Below, one piece after another: positions 21,849 to 33,012 of a stretch of DNA of 64,000 bases; position 1 is the first letter of the stretch, and each line of letters begins with the position of its first letter. Position numbers and translations under genes: made by a program. Source of the DNA: a virus (Duplodnaviria > Caudoviricetes); IMG/VR virus record IMGVR_UViG_2645727757_000001, positions 64,001-128,000 of that record. One strand, written 5' to 3'. The notes under the pieces were generated by a model. The model was given only the letters and a program-made list of their open reading frames with translations. It was not told the DNA's origin and did no database searches.

Positions 21849-24800
21849 TTAATCTAATGTGAAATCAAAATTATTGCTTACTTTTGGAGCTTCTTTAATT
21901 TCGATATTGTTGTTATATTTTTTAGTAGGTTCTTTAATGTCAGATACTTTTTTGGAAGTATCAACTGAAATATTTTTGAAAATATTGTTATATTTTCCTG
22001 TGAAGGTTAAAACAGAACCCTCCAAGAACTGATTTTTAAACTTATGAAATGCTTTTGAGAATAAATTAACTCTAAATAATGTTCCATTTTTATCTTTTAA
22101 TATAGCAGCTAAAAATTGTTTGGAATTTTTAGTGTATTTAATTTCTGAACTTATTACTATTCCTGATGTAGTTACCTTGCTATTCATTTTACAAGCACTT
22201 AAATCTGTATATGGTAATCCATCCGCAGGATTGGAAGAAATAAAATCTCCTAAATAATCAAATTCATATTTAAACTTATCTATATCACTATAGGAAGCAA
22301 CATTTAGTAGTTCTTTGCCTTTATTTTTCTTGCTTTTAATATACTCATTGTACAATTCATGTCTGTTGCTGTTTATTTCATCGAAGCAACCAGATAATAT
22401 TAAGCTAACTTCAACTTTCATATCTACGGGGCATTTTTTATTGCCACTGGACGTATAATTATCGGCAAACAGATTAATATTTTCCTTTGAGTGCATTTCA
22501 TCGTAAAATTCTTTGAAGGAATTAAATTTACCAACCTTTTTTCTTATATTTAAAATATAGTTTATTGCACTTAATCCAACGTTTTTAATGGCAATAAATC
22601 CATATCTTATTTCATTTTCTTTATTTGAAGAGAATCCAGCTATGCTATGATTTATTGAAGGAGGAAGTACATCAACACCTCTTCTTCTACATTGTTGCAA
22701 TGTTGCTGATATTTTTTCACTATCATCTAAGTTCTTTAGACAACCTAAAGCCCATTCTACAGGGTGATGGAAACTTAAATATGCAGTTTTATATCCTACA
22801 AAGCCATAGGCAACACTATGAGATTTATTAAAAGCATATTTACAGAACTCTTCCATAATATCGAAAATATCTCTAGCTAATTTTTCATCAAAGTTATTGT
22901 TAATAGCTCCTATACACCAGTCACTATCTTCTTCACTTAAACCAATAACTTTTTTATCTTTTCCAATTCCTTCATATATAGATTTTTTACCATATATGAA
23001 TTCATTACGAATTTCGGGAATCATAGAAAGTTTCTTTTTTGCAAGAGGTTTTCTTATTCTGCTATCGGCTCCGCCTAAGTTATATCCTGCCATTACTTGT
23101 CCTAATCTCATACAATCTTCTTGGTAGAGAATTGTACCGTATGTTTCTTCTAAAATCCAGTCAATTCGTTCATCTAATTCTGGTACATCACCAGTTCTTT
23201 TTCTTTCAGCATACATATCCGCCATTGAAAGCCCAGTTTGCTTATTTTTAGCTAACGGTCCAGGGCGATTTGAGGCGTTAACAGCAACTAAATCCTCAAA
23301 TTTATTTACATTATAATCATATAATAATTTTATAGCTCCTTGTCCTGCCATCTGGAAGATATTAGTTGTGTCTCCATTACGAAGCATTTTATAAATCTTC
23401 TTATCACTTACATCTTCACTATCATACCAATCCCAATCTAAACCTGCTAAATCCATAGCATCTTTAATCTGATCTAATGTTCTAAGACCTAAAGCATCTA
23501 TTTTAAGTAACTTATAAAAGTCAACATCTGCCATATCAGCTTGTATTATAGGAAGTACTGCTGTATTGGAACCTGTTTCGATAGGTAAGTGATTTCTTAA
23601 TGGTTCATTTGAAATGATAACTCCACCAGCATGAATACCTTTTGAAGCAATAGCTCCGCCTAAATTTTCTAAAGCTAAACCTACCTCTGGATATTTTTCT
23701 ATCATAATTTCAAGTTTTTCTACAGTAGAAACTATGTTATCAAATTCAGCTTCGGTAAGCTCATAGTCATTAGGATTCTTATAAGCATTTAATAATGTTT
23801 TATAAGATAAAGGTTCTTCCCCTATAAAAGAAGGAGCATATTTCGTTAAGTCATTTACTTCATCAAATTTATCTGGAGCAAGAACTGACATAACTGCTTT
23901 TATTAAATTTTTAAATTTATATTCAGTAAAAGTTATAATTTGAGAAACATATTCTATACCGTATTTCTCTTTAAGATATAATATAGCTTTAGCTCTATCT
24001 CTCTTGGAAATATCGGTGTCTATATCAGGAGCTTCCATTCTTAATGGATTTAAAAATCTCTCAAATAATAAATTATATTTTATCGGGTCTATTTTAGTTA
24101 TATCTAATACATAAGCTACAATTGATCCAGCTCCACTCATTTATACCCTGGTTTTCACCATATTTACATTCTATAAAAGAATAGGGATTAGACTATATCT
24201 TCATCCTATTTCTAGGAGCAACGCACTTCAAAGGGTAGCATCTCCCTCTTACATAATAGTCGTTTGACTTTTTTATTTGTTGTAAGTTTTATAATCTATA
24301 ATTTTTTTCACAGATTTCCATGTCATATTATATTTTTTACTTAAAGATGATATAGAGTAACCTTCTTTATGTCTTTGTCTTATATCTTCTGCATCTTGTA
24401 ATGTCAATTTTCTTTGTGTCTTCTGCATTTTTATAGGCTCTTTATCTTTATCAAAATTATAATATCTACAATTTAGAATATCTGCTATAGTTGTTTTAGA
24501 AACATTATATTTGATAGCTAGTTTTCTTTGGGAAGTATTTGAAGTTAAATATTCTTTTCTTATTTCATCAGCTTGTAAATCAGTTAAACTTCTATTTTTA
24601 GGTTTTTTTGCTTTATTTAAACCTGTGGCAAAAGCGTGTAACTGATTTTCACCGTTTGTACACCATTCTAAATTAGAAACATTATTATTACTCTTATCTC
24701 CATCCTTATGATTTACTTGTGGTAAATTATTAGGATTTTCTATATAAGTTATTGCTACTAATCTATGAATTCTGTACGATTTTTTATTCAACTTTATTCC

Positions 24801-26232
24801 TTCATAACCTTTTCTATTTATAGATGTTTTTAAATACTTATTTGTAATTGTTGAATAAATTCTACCGTCTTCATCTATTAAATATTTTTCTAAACCTTCT
24901 ATATTTATAGTTTTCACAATAATCACCTCTGATTATTAATTATACAACAAATAAACTTAGCACAGGATAGGCTTGTCGTATAGATTTAGCTTTCCCTGTT
25001 AGCATAACTTCTATTACTCATTTCCTAGTAATCCTAACCGTAAGTTATACACCCTCTTGCAATAAAGGTTCACGTTGTTTTACTTAGTAAATTACTCTAC
25101 TAAGGAGGCCATATTAACCTCTTCCTGGACCTAAAGGTATACCAGCTTTTCTACAATATAAAAACCAATCCCAAAGTATTAAGAAATATCCAGCATATCC
25201 TTTAGAACAAATAACATCAAGTTCATAATTAAGTCTTTTAAGTCTTACTTCATAATCTTTTTGCTTTTTGTTTATATACTTTTTATTTAAACAATCAAAG
25301 GCTAGTTCTCTTAGATAAGTAGATTCATCATAGCCTTTAGGACATTTAAACTTAGGATATAACCCATTACTACTCTTTGGTTTTGGATCAATTTTGCATT
25401 GTTCTGAAATCTTTACTGTATTATCTATAGCTGATAATGGTATATCGTATTCTATACAATAATCTTTTAATTCATCATAGCTCATAAGATAATTTTCAGT
25501 ATCCATTCCATTTGGAAAGCCATCCATCTTTTTTAATATATTATGATATATTTTATCTTCCTTTTTTAAATAATGTGTATCTGTAGTAATAACCAGTTCA
25601 ATACCAGTTTCTTTTGATATTTGTACTAAGTCATTATTTACAAGTAGCTGTTGTGGAATTATATGAGGTTGAACCTCTAAATAAAAAGAATCAAAAATAG
25701 AGTTATAATAAATAGCTTTTTCTTTAGCTTTTTGATATTCTCCATTTAAGATTAATTTAGGAATTAAGCCACCTATACATCCACTCAAAGCTATTATTCC
25801 ATTTCCGTATTTCTCTAAAACACTATCTTCTGTTTGTGATTTACCTTCCGTTTTTGCGGATTTACTTTTCCTTTTTATTTTATGTGTTCCTGCATCGGAA
25901 GCTATATTATAAAGATTCTCTAATCCATCATTATTCTTGGCCAATAAAACCATGTGAAAAGAATCTCTATTTCCTTCTTCTCTTTCTTCACAATGATAAA
26001 TTTCGCATCCAATTATAGCATTAGTATACGTTGATACTTCACTATAAAATTTAACTAATGAATAAATATTTCCATGATCCGTTAATGCTATTCCAACAAT
26101 ATCATCTTTTGAATCATCTTCATTAGATTCTTTTGCTACTTTCGCATATTGATATGGTGCTACTATAGAATCTTTAATTGAATAAACAGTATGATTATGC
26201 AAATACGCAATTTTACCTAATGTTCTCACCAC
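21849..26232 (-). CDS. dnaE: DNA polymerase III alpha subunit, two exons (26232-25117 and 24137-21849; 1134 aa spliced)
   Basis: PHP motifs HNHT.YS..D, ALTDHGN, TTDTHY; junction GPGRG|SGAGSIVAY; FERFLNP.R...PDIDTD, HAGG, KIDALGL, RPGP, YQE, YAFNKSH. Confidence 0.95.
24138..25116 (-). ncRNA. Group I intron in dnaE
   Basis: P1 GAGGU|UA..UGGCCUC with U-G at the splice site; terminal G at 24138; P3 CAACGU/GCGUUG; R GUCAAACGACUA; S AAGAUAUAGUCU; removal restores GRGS in frame. Confidence 0.92.
24273..24926 (-). CDS. Intron-encoded HNH homing endonuclease with C-terminal HTH repeats
   Basis: HRLVA..YI.NP.NLPQVNHKDGDK.NN.V.NLEWCT..EN..HA; flanked by a UUUAUUUGUUG/CAACAAAUAAA stem. Confidence 0.9.
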   Translation of the reverse strand: MIIVKTINIEGLEKYLIDEDGRIYSTITNKYLKTSINRKGYEGIKLNKKSYRIHRLVAITYIENPNNLPQVNHKDGDKSNNNVSNLEWCTNGENQLHAFATGLNKAKKPKNRSLTDLQADEIRKEYLTSNTSQRKLAIKYNVSKTTIADILNCRYYNFDKDKEPIKMQKTQRKLTLQDAEDIRQRHKEGYSISSLSKKYNMTWKSVKKIIDYKTYNK

Positions 26233-26251
26233 TTTACTTCATAAAGTTATA

Positions 26252-26701
26252 TTAATAATGTTTAGATAATTCTTTAAGTTTTTCTAATTGAGTGTCGCTA
26301 ATATACATATATTGTTGTCTATTCTTATAGATATGATTAACATATTGTTTTAGTGTTCTAGCTCCTTTGTCTTTATTGCATCTTTTGCAGCAACATTTTA
26401 AATTGCTAGGTAAATCAGAACCTCCATTTTTGTAATAGCTCTTAGGAATTACATGGTCTATAGAGGCTTTACTTGACTTTTGATTGCAAATATAACAAAT
26501 GTTATTACTTTTTTTTATGATGGAATCTTTTATATTTCTTCTATCTTTTTTACTTAAAGCTAGACATAATTTATTTTTTCCTATCCAATAAGCACATTTT
26601 CTATCTATTAGTTTATTTGCTCTAATTAAACTTGTTTTACTTAAAAATTTACCCTCATTATCAAAAACTGAAATTATTTTTTTATTATCTTCATTATACA
26701 A
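26252..26701 (-). CDS. HNH endonuclease with RRXRR/PLMP-like N-terminus
   Basis: CYIC..SIDHVIPKS..GG.D...NL..CC.RCN..KG; N-terminus VFDNEGKFLSKTSLIRANKLIDRKCA. Confidence 0.75.
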   Translation of the reverse strand: MYNEDNKKIISVFDNEGKFLSKTSLIRANKLIDRKCAYWIGKNKLCLALSKKDRRNIKDSIIKKSNNICYICNQKSSKASIDHVIPKSYYKNGGSDLPSNLKCCCKRCNKDKGARTLKQYVNHIYKNRQQYMYISDTQLEKLKELSKHY

Positions 26702-26746
26702 AATATCCCACCTTTTATAAATTATAACATTTAGAAATTCATTTTG

Positions 26747-27358
26747 CTACTCTTCTGTATCGTAAAGTATTTTCAACATATCATTATCTAAACTAAGTTT
26801 ATCTTTAATAAAGTTTTTAAATACTGAATCTTTTAAATTTTTTAATTCTTTTTCAATTATTTCATTAAATCTTTGAGATGACTGAACTAATGAATTTAGT
26901 AAATTTAATTTTTCTGTATAGCTTTCTTCTCTGGATAATAGTTGTTTAATTCTTGTTTCTTCATCTATCCATGTATATTGTGCATCTTCATATGGATCAT
27001 CCATAAATTTTTTTACATATACGTTACAATGTTTGCAATATAATATATCTATACAATATACAGGATGTAAAAAATATTCTTCTGAAATCATTATTTTCCC
27101 ACAATGTTTACATAAAGTTCCATGCATTTCTTCTTTAGTTAAAAGTGCACCATCTTTGTTAAACCAATTATTTTCTGCAATATCATTCTTACCAAGCTTA
27201 GGTGAGGTACAAATAGTTCCACAATGATTACATATATAAGTAGAATCATCCTCACGTCTTTTTACTAAATTCATTATCCTATTACAATTTTCACACACTA
27301 ACATAAAGTTACCTCCTAAAATTTTATTAAGCTTATAATGAATAAGCTCCATGTGCAT
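26747..27358 (-). CDS. Zinc-ribbon protein (likely start MLVCENC at ~27304)
   Basis: Four CxxC pairs; AGGAGG precedes the internal ATG. Confidence 0.6.
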   Translation of the reverse strand: MHMELIHYKLNKILGGNFMLVCENCNRIMNLVKRREDDSTYICNHCGTICTSPKLGKNDIAENNWFNKDGALLTKEEMHGTLCKHCGKIMISEEYFLHPVYCIDILYCKHCNVYVKKFMDDPYEDAQYTWIDEETRIKQLLSREESYTEKLNLLNSLVQSSQRFNEIIEKELKNLKDSVFKNFIKDKLSLDNDMLKILYDTEE

Positions 27359-27414
27359 AGCACTATGTAAAAAAATAAGGTCCTTAATAAAATTAAGAAC
27401 CTTATCTAAAATAT

Positions 27415-27792
27415 TTAATTTAATATATATCCAGTATCTCTTTCAATTTGTTCTATAGCTAATCTCTTTTGTTCCTCCAACATTTCTGTATCAAAACTAA
27501 ATTTTAATCCAGTTATTTCTTCTGATGATTCTTCTAACTCGTCTGTTTTTGAATTTAACTCTATAGCTAATCTAGGATCACAACAGTTAAGTAACATATT
27601 TCCTATAGTATCTAATACAAATAAATCTAACATAGTAGTAACTGTTACCTTACCATTTAAAGGACATTTTAATATAAACTTTGCTAAATTCTCTACATTA
27701 TTTTCTAATAAAATTTTATAATATGATCCTTCTCTATCATATATAATCCCATATACAAACTTGTCATTTTTAAAATCATCTCTGAAATCCAT
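27415..27792 (-). CDS. Hypothetical protein
   Basis: 125 aa, GAGG RBS. Confidence 0.6.
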   Translation of the reverse strand: MDFRDDFKNDKFVYGIIYDREGSYYKILLENNVENLAKFILKCPLNGKVTVTTMLDLFVLDTIGNMLLNCCDPRLAIELNSKTDELEESSEEITGLKFSFDTEMLEEQKRLAIEQIERDTGYILN

Positions 27793-27795
27793 ATA

Positions 27796-28335
27796 TTACA
27801 CCTCATTACCTTTAAGATTTTCTAATTCTTTTTCTAAATTTTTAAGCTTTTCTTTTTTCTTTTCAATACTTTCTATTTGTGATTTTAAATCCACTATTTC
27901 ATGCTCTAATTCAGAAGCTATTTTATTGTTATTATTTGTATTAAATTCTTTATATGATTTTTCTAAAACTTCTAACATAAATGATTGTATTATTTTATGT
28001 GCTTTTTCTTTATCTAATAAATATGAAAAATCTTCACTAATTATTTCGAAGCAATTATCACAAGCAGCACATGAACCTTCATATTTTAGTTCATATATTT
28101 CTGATATTAATTCATCCTTTGATTTATCTTCATATATTTTTTCTATAAACTTTCTATATAAAGTTGATTCATAGTATGATAAAGTGCTAATAAACTTTTT
28201 TTCAAATTCTGACTCACCAGTTGAATCAATGTATTTGTAATAATTATTAACACAATTTAATACTGGTAAATTTTCTATTGCTTCCTTTATTTCTTTATAG
28301 TTGTCTTTAAATATTTCATTAATTTTCATGTTCAA
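27796..28335 (-). CDS. Hypothetical protein with C-terminal coiled coil
   Basis: 179 aa, GGGAGG RBS. Confidence 0.6.
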   Translation of the reverse strand: MNMKINEIFKDNYKEIKEAIENLPVLNCVNNYYKYIDSTGESEFEKKFISTLSYYESTLYRKFIEKIYEDKSKDELISEIYELKYEGSCAACDNCFEIISEDFSYLLDKEKAHKIIQSFMLEVLEKSYKEFNTNNNNKIASELEHEIVDLKSQIESIEKKKEKLKNLEKELENLKGNEV

Positions 28336-28453
28336 TTCCTCCCTAAGCTCTTTTTATTTTACTCATATAGTTCTCCTTATATAAAAAGGATATGACTTTT
28401 AAATATTTATAAGTCATATCCTTTTAGTAAATATATTAATTTTTAATGTTACT

Positions 28454-28909
28454 TCATACTACTGAAATATTTTCTATTCTGACTATAACATCTTTTATAT
28501 TTTCAGAATCTTTTACTAGAGAAAATTCAAATAAAAATTTACCTTCATTATAAGTTATAACAAAGCTTTCTTTTATATCATCATAATTAAACATATCATC
28601 ATCAATAACATAGTAATTATTAAAATCTTCTAATGAAGTTTCTAATCCAAGTAGCTCTTCACCTAAAGATTCAAGTTTTTCTTGGATGATGAAATCTCTA
28701 TATACATCATATGGAATAAGTGTAATAGAATATATATAATTATTAAACCTATAACAATCTAATAATAAAAATTCTTCATTATCTTTGTTATATACAGTTT
28801 TATTTTTATTAAATATTACCTCATTTCTTGATATTTTATATCCAGAATTTAAAATAGCTCCTTCAATAGTGTTAAATTTTTTGTTAATTTCTAATTTTGT
28901 TGTACGCAT
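28454..28909 (-). CDS. Hypothetical protein
   Basis: 151 aa, AGGAGG RBS. Confidence 0.6.
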   Translation of the reverse strand: MRTTKLEINKKFNTIEGAILNSGYKISRNEVIFNKNKTVYNKDNEEFLLLDCYRFNNYIYSITLIPYDVYRDFIIQEKLESLGEELLGLETSLEDFNNYYVIDDDMFNYDDIKESFVITYNEGKFLFEFSLVKDSENIKDVIVRIENISVV

Positions 28910-28965
28910 TATAACCCTCCTAAAATATTTTTTACGCTATTAACGTAATACATCTTATGTTAAGG

Positions 28966-29412
28966 TTAATTCTTTAATATTATAACTGAATATGGGGATA
29001 TATATAGCTTACCTATAAGCAAATCTGCATATTCAACCTTCTTTAATTGAAGGAAAATCTTATCTTTTCCATTGCTAGTATAGACAATGTAATTTTCATT
29101 ATCAATCATTTCATTTGAAACTCTATGAGCTTCTTTTGGATCAATATATAACATATCCATATTAGCATTTATAGAATCAAATTCTATAAGAGGACCATAA
29201 TCCCCTATAACTATCCTGTCTATCTTACTAATAAGAGGGATGTTATCAGAATTATTAACTTTATAGTTTTTAAGATTATCTAAATCTATATCATTTATAA
29301 TATCTTTAAAAAACCATTCCCTTACATTAGCAGATAAATCATCTGGTAGCTTTTTATATTTATAAGATACAATTAATCTTTCAATCATTCCTAAAGCTTT
29401 ATCTCTTCTCAC
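28966..29412 (-). CDS. Hypothetical protein
   Basis: 148 aa, GTG start, AGGAGG RBS. Confidence 0.6.
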   Translation of the reverse strand: MRRDKALGMIERLIVSYKYKKLPDDLSANVREWFFKDIINDIDLDNLKNYKVNNSDNIPLISKIDRIVIGDYGPLIEFDSINANMDMLYIDPKEAHRVSNEMIDNENYIVYTSNGKDKIFLQLKKVEYADLLIGKLYISPYSVIILKN

Positions 29413-29483
29413 ACAATCCCTCCTATTATAAATAAAAGTTATTTGAAATAAACTTATATCAAATAACTTTTAATCTAATATTT

Positions 29484-30344
29484 TTACCAAGAAGCGTAGT
29501 AATAAACAATATCTTTATCAAAATCTACTTCATTTAATACTTTTATACAAGTTTCTATTGTAGATTCCCAATCTTCTATTAATGATTCTCCCCAGAAGAA
29601 TCCTGTAGCTTTTGGAATGTTTAATACTACATTATTTTCTTTATTATATTTTTCTTCAAGTTCGTTTAGCCTATCATTATATTCATTTTCAGAAGATCCA
29701 ATAAATTCTTTAGTAACAAATGGTCCAATATCTTTTTCGATAATTTTATTATCTTTTTTAAACTCATTTGTAAGTTCTTCTTCAAACTTTGCATAATTAA
29801 GATGATGAGGCATATCTTTTTTGACTTTCTCTAATAATGTTTCAAAGAACTGTTTATCTAAGATAACAGTATCACATGATTCAAGTCCTTTTGGAAATAA
29901 AACATTACTTTCCATATATCCATGTAAATCTGAATGTTTTCTCCAATATTTAACTTCTTCAAAATTGATATTATCATAATTACCATTCTCTATATTATCA
30001 TATATTAATTTTAATGCTTTATATTCTTTTTCAGCATCTTTTTTTAGTTTATTACGTTTATCAACATCTTCACAATCATTTAATCCATAATTCTCATTTA
30101 AGAAAGCTTCAAAACTTTTTAATGAGTTAGCTAATTTTTCACCATTTTCATAATCCCAAGCAAATAAAAAATCATCTTCTCTTTTTTTAATTTCTTCTGG
30201 TTTGTCTTTGAAATTGTGATAAATTTTAAGCTTATTCAAGTAATATGCAACACTAAAAACTCCACCTACATCTTCTAAAATAGATAATAATTTTTCATCA
30301 GTTTTTACATTTTTTATCTTTCTTAAGTACATATCTAATCCCAT
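29484..30344 (-). CDS. Conserved phage hypothetical protein
   Basis: MGLDMYL...YWRKH..LHG.M...GFFWG...YYYASW pattern typical of phage accessory proteins. Confidence 0.65.
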   Translation of the reverse strand: MGLDMYLRKIKNVKTDEKLLSILEDVGGVFSVAYYLNKLKIYHNFKDKPEEIKKREDDFLFAWDYENGEKLANSLKSFEAFLNENYGLNDCEDVDKRNKLKKDAEKEYKALKLIYDNIENGNYDNINFEEVKYWRKHSDLHGYMESNVLFPKGLESCDTVILDKQFFETLLEKVKKDMPHHLNYAKFEEELTNEFKKDNKIIEKDIGPFVTKEFIGSSENEYNDRLNELEEKYNKENNVVLNIPKATGFFWGESLIEDWESTIETCIKVLNEVDFDKDIVYYYASW

Positions 30345-30444
30345 AACCGTTCACCACTTTCTATAACCTTACTGTTCCCATAAAATGAAAAAACAGTATA
30401 ATTATATAATATCATAATCATACTGTTCATTGTTATTCATTTTC

Positions 30445-30696
30445 TTAATACTTGTGTAAATTTTTATTTTTTATATCAGATAAATATATTCCTTCATCCA
30501 TTTCTTTGTTATATAATTCTTCTCCATCTATAAATATAGAATCATATTGAGATACCTCCCAACTGTCTACATAGCTAAGATTAACACCTTCTACATCTGG
30601 AAGTCCACTACATACATTTGAAATAGCATTTTCTAAATTATCTGCTTCAATTTCTGTATAACTTATAATCTGCATTGGTATTCTATACTTAGGCAT
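30445..30696 (-). CDS. Hypothetical protein
   Basis: 83 aa, GAGG RBS. Confidence 0.55.
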   Translation of the reverse strand: MPKYRIPMQIISYTEIEADNLENAISNVCSGLPDVEGVNLSYVDSWEVSQYDSIFIDGEELYNKEMDEGIYLSDIKNKNLHKY

Positions 30697-30727
30697 AAAT
30701 TATCTTCCTCTCTACCTGTCATTTGAA

Positions 30728-31090
30728 TTATAAAAATTCTTTAGATGGTTTCCAGTCATCAACATCATCACCATTAATGTTAAAGTATGCTTTATCATCT
30801 ACAATTTTAACATTACCATTATTTATAAGTTCATCTAAATAAGTTTCTGGTGATTGCCAATCAACAACATCAAATAATTCTTTAGCTAATCTCTTATTGC
30901 CTAATGCAATATTAAAAAAATCATGGTAGTTATATTTATAATCTGATAGTTCTGGGATGTAGCATACTTCTTTTGACTTTTTATTAAATTCATTATAGTC
31001 TTTATACACTTTTCCCTGTGCACTATACCCTCTTGTATATAAATATTCTCCATCATTTTGTAATTCTTTTGATCCTATAACATTATTCAT
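30728..31090 (-). CDS. Hypothetical phage protein
   Basis: CYIPE...LFDVVDWQSPET motif; coupled to upstream gene. Confidence 0.6.
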   Translation of the reverse strand: MNNVIGSKELQNDGEYLYTRGYSAQGKVYKDYNEFNKKSKEVCYIPELSDYKYNYHDFFNIALGNKRLAKELFDVVDWQSPETYLDELINNGNVKIVDDKAYFNINGDDVDDWKPSKEFL

Positions 31091-31790
31091 TGTTATTACC
31101 TATTGAACTTTCAGTATTAATTTTGCTTAAGTCAATAAAACTTGAATAATCAATATATTTTTTATCTATTTTCTTAAAGATATTATCCATATCTTTTTCT
31201 GATAAAGTTTCAAAACTATCAATATATTTAACCATTTCCATATAGTCATTGTATATCTCTTCGTATTCTTCATCAGAATCGGAAATTACACTATTTTTAA
31301 AGTTTTCCTTAATGTCATTATCAAAGTAATGATTTAAATATTCTAAAGCACTAACTTTAATAAATCCATAATGCTCTTTTTCATCAATATAATCTGATTT
31401 AAATAATGCAAATTTAGGTCTTTTATATCTATAATCTATTACGAATACTCCATCATTATTATCGAACTCAAAAGGACTATCATATTCTCCTTCTAGTTTT
31501 TTATCTGTGTAGTCAAAATCTTTTTCTAAATCACCTGCATATACAAAACTATTATTGTATATGTTAAGAGATACAAGTGAACGTATTAATGTTTTTACTT
31601 CTACTATACGTTTATACGTTCCTTTTAAATTACTATATACCCTTGCACAATTTTCCTCACCAAATTTTAACATTTGATAAAGCCTAGATATTGAATAATG
31701 TCCCCAACTCCATTGAAGATGATAGCCATGAGTATATGAATTACCTTCATTATCACTTGTTATTGCAAATATCTGAAATCTTTGTCCCAT
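31083..31790 (-). CDS. Hypothetical protein
   Basis: 235 aa; MGQR..HLQW.WG..DNNDG. Confidence 0.6.
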   Translation of the reverse strand: MGQRFQIFAITSDNEGNSYTHGYHLQWSWGHYSISRLYQMLKFGEENCARVYSNLKGTYKRIVEVKTLIRSLVSLNIYNNSFVYAGDLEKDFDYTDKKLEGEYDSPFEFDNNDGVFVIDYRYKRPKFALFKSDYIDEKEHYGFIKVSALEYLNHYFDNDIKENFKNSVISDSDEEYEEIYNDYMEMVKYIDSFETLSEKDMDNIFKKIDKKYIDYSSFIDLSKINTESSIGNNNE

Positions 31791-31823
31791 TTTTTTTCAC
31801 CACTTTCTTGTCTTTTTAATTGA

Positions 31824-32288
31824 TTACATTATTATTCCTAGTTTTTTAAGACTAGTGTTCCTTACATTATTTCCATCTTCATATACTATTACATGATCTA
31901 GTAGCTTAATACCAAGAAGTTCACTACATTCAGCTATTTTTTTTGTAACTTCTATATCATTAATAGATGCCTCAGAATCGTTTCCTGGATGATTATGAGC
32001 TAAAATTATGCTACTTGCATTATTTAATATTGCTCTTTTAAAAATCTCTCTAGGTGAAACTAATGAACTATTTATAGTTCCACGGGAAACTTCAAACAGA
32101 CCAGTTACAACATTTTGAGTGTTTAGTGTAGCTAACACAAGAACTTCTTCTGTTTGTTTTTCTAAATTTAATACACCACTTAATACTTTTACAATATCAT
32201 TTGGTGAAGAGATTTTATTTTCAATCTCATATTTAGCACTAGTTTCTTTAACTAATTGTAATGAATATTTTCTAAAGATGTGTTTCAT
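31824..32288 (-). CDS. radC: RadC-family JAB domain protein
   Basis: E...GTINSSLVSPREIFK.A....A.SIILAHNHPG....S..D..VT.....LLGI.LLDHVI. Confidence 0.9.
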   Translation of the reverse strand: MKHIFRKYSLQLVKETSAKYEIENKISSPNDIVKVLSGVLNLEKQTEEVLVLATLNTQNVVTGLFEVSRGTINSSLVSPREIFKRAILNNASSIILAHNHPGNDSEASINDIEVTKKIAECSELLGIKLLDHVIVYEDGNNVRNTSLKKLGIIM

Positions 32289-32357
32289 TATAAATTCCTC
32301 CTAAGTTTATAAATTTAAAAAATAAGAGGAAACTAATTCATAGCTTCCTCTGTTGTG

Positions 32358-32693
32358 TTATTCTTGTATGTCAACTGATTCATAATTTAAATAATCATCA
32401 GTTTTAAATTCATTTATCTTTATACAAGCACGATCTCCATTATCTTTATCGAAAACATAAAAACAAAGTTCATTATCCTCAATAGAAAGTGTGCTATCTT
32501 CTTGCTCTTTATTGGCATATTGCTTTATATAATTCTCATCTATTTCAAATGTATTAATATATGATTTTCTTAGTTCTTTAAGCTTTTTTATTGCAAGTTC
32601 TTTATCAGCAGTAACTAAAACAATATTAGCATTATATTCAAATACATTATTCATAAATAAAGAATCTTCTGTTACTATATAAATCTTATTCAT
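32358..32693 (-). CDS. Hypothetical protein
   Basis: 111 aa, GGGAG RBS. Confidence 0.6.
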   Translation of the reverse strand: MNKIYIVTEDSLFMNNVFEYNANIVLVTADKELAIKKLKELRKSYINTFEIDENYIKQYANKEQEDSTLSIEDNELCFYVFDKDNGDRACIKINEFKTDDYLNYESVDIQE

Positions 32694-32708
32694 TATTTTT
32701 AGCTCCCT

Positions 32709-32988
32709 TTAATATTCTTCTGGCAATAATATTGTTGTGTAGCTCCTATCCCATTCTGTAATAACCCATAAAGTATAATCTTTTATGTGATATACGGACA
32801 TAACTCTATCTTCAATATTATTTTTTTATATTATTATTTTGAAGTTCTTTATCTTCCTCTGATAAATCTCCAAAATCATAATTACTATGCCTATGAAGAA
32901 TATTATTTAAATCTTTCATAGATACTACTTTTTCTTCTATGAGATTTTTAATACCTATAGTAGCAATTACTTTTCCTAAAGTAAGCAT
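32709..32988 (-). pseudogene. Frameshifted small conserved plasmid/phage gene
   Basis: MLTLGKVIATIG...RH...DFGDLSEEDK then stop; deleting one A of the A7 run (32821-32827) joins RVMSVY...WVITEWDRSYTTILLPEEY. Confidence 0.75.
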
Positions 32989-33012
32989 ACATTACCACCT
33001 CTTGTTTATAGA

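Noticed and set aside
21849-26232. Split intein or two-subunit DnaE
   Set aside because: No intein C/S...HN motifs; group I P1/P3/R/S elements and an in-frame splice explain the break
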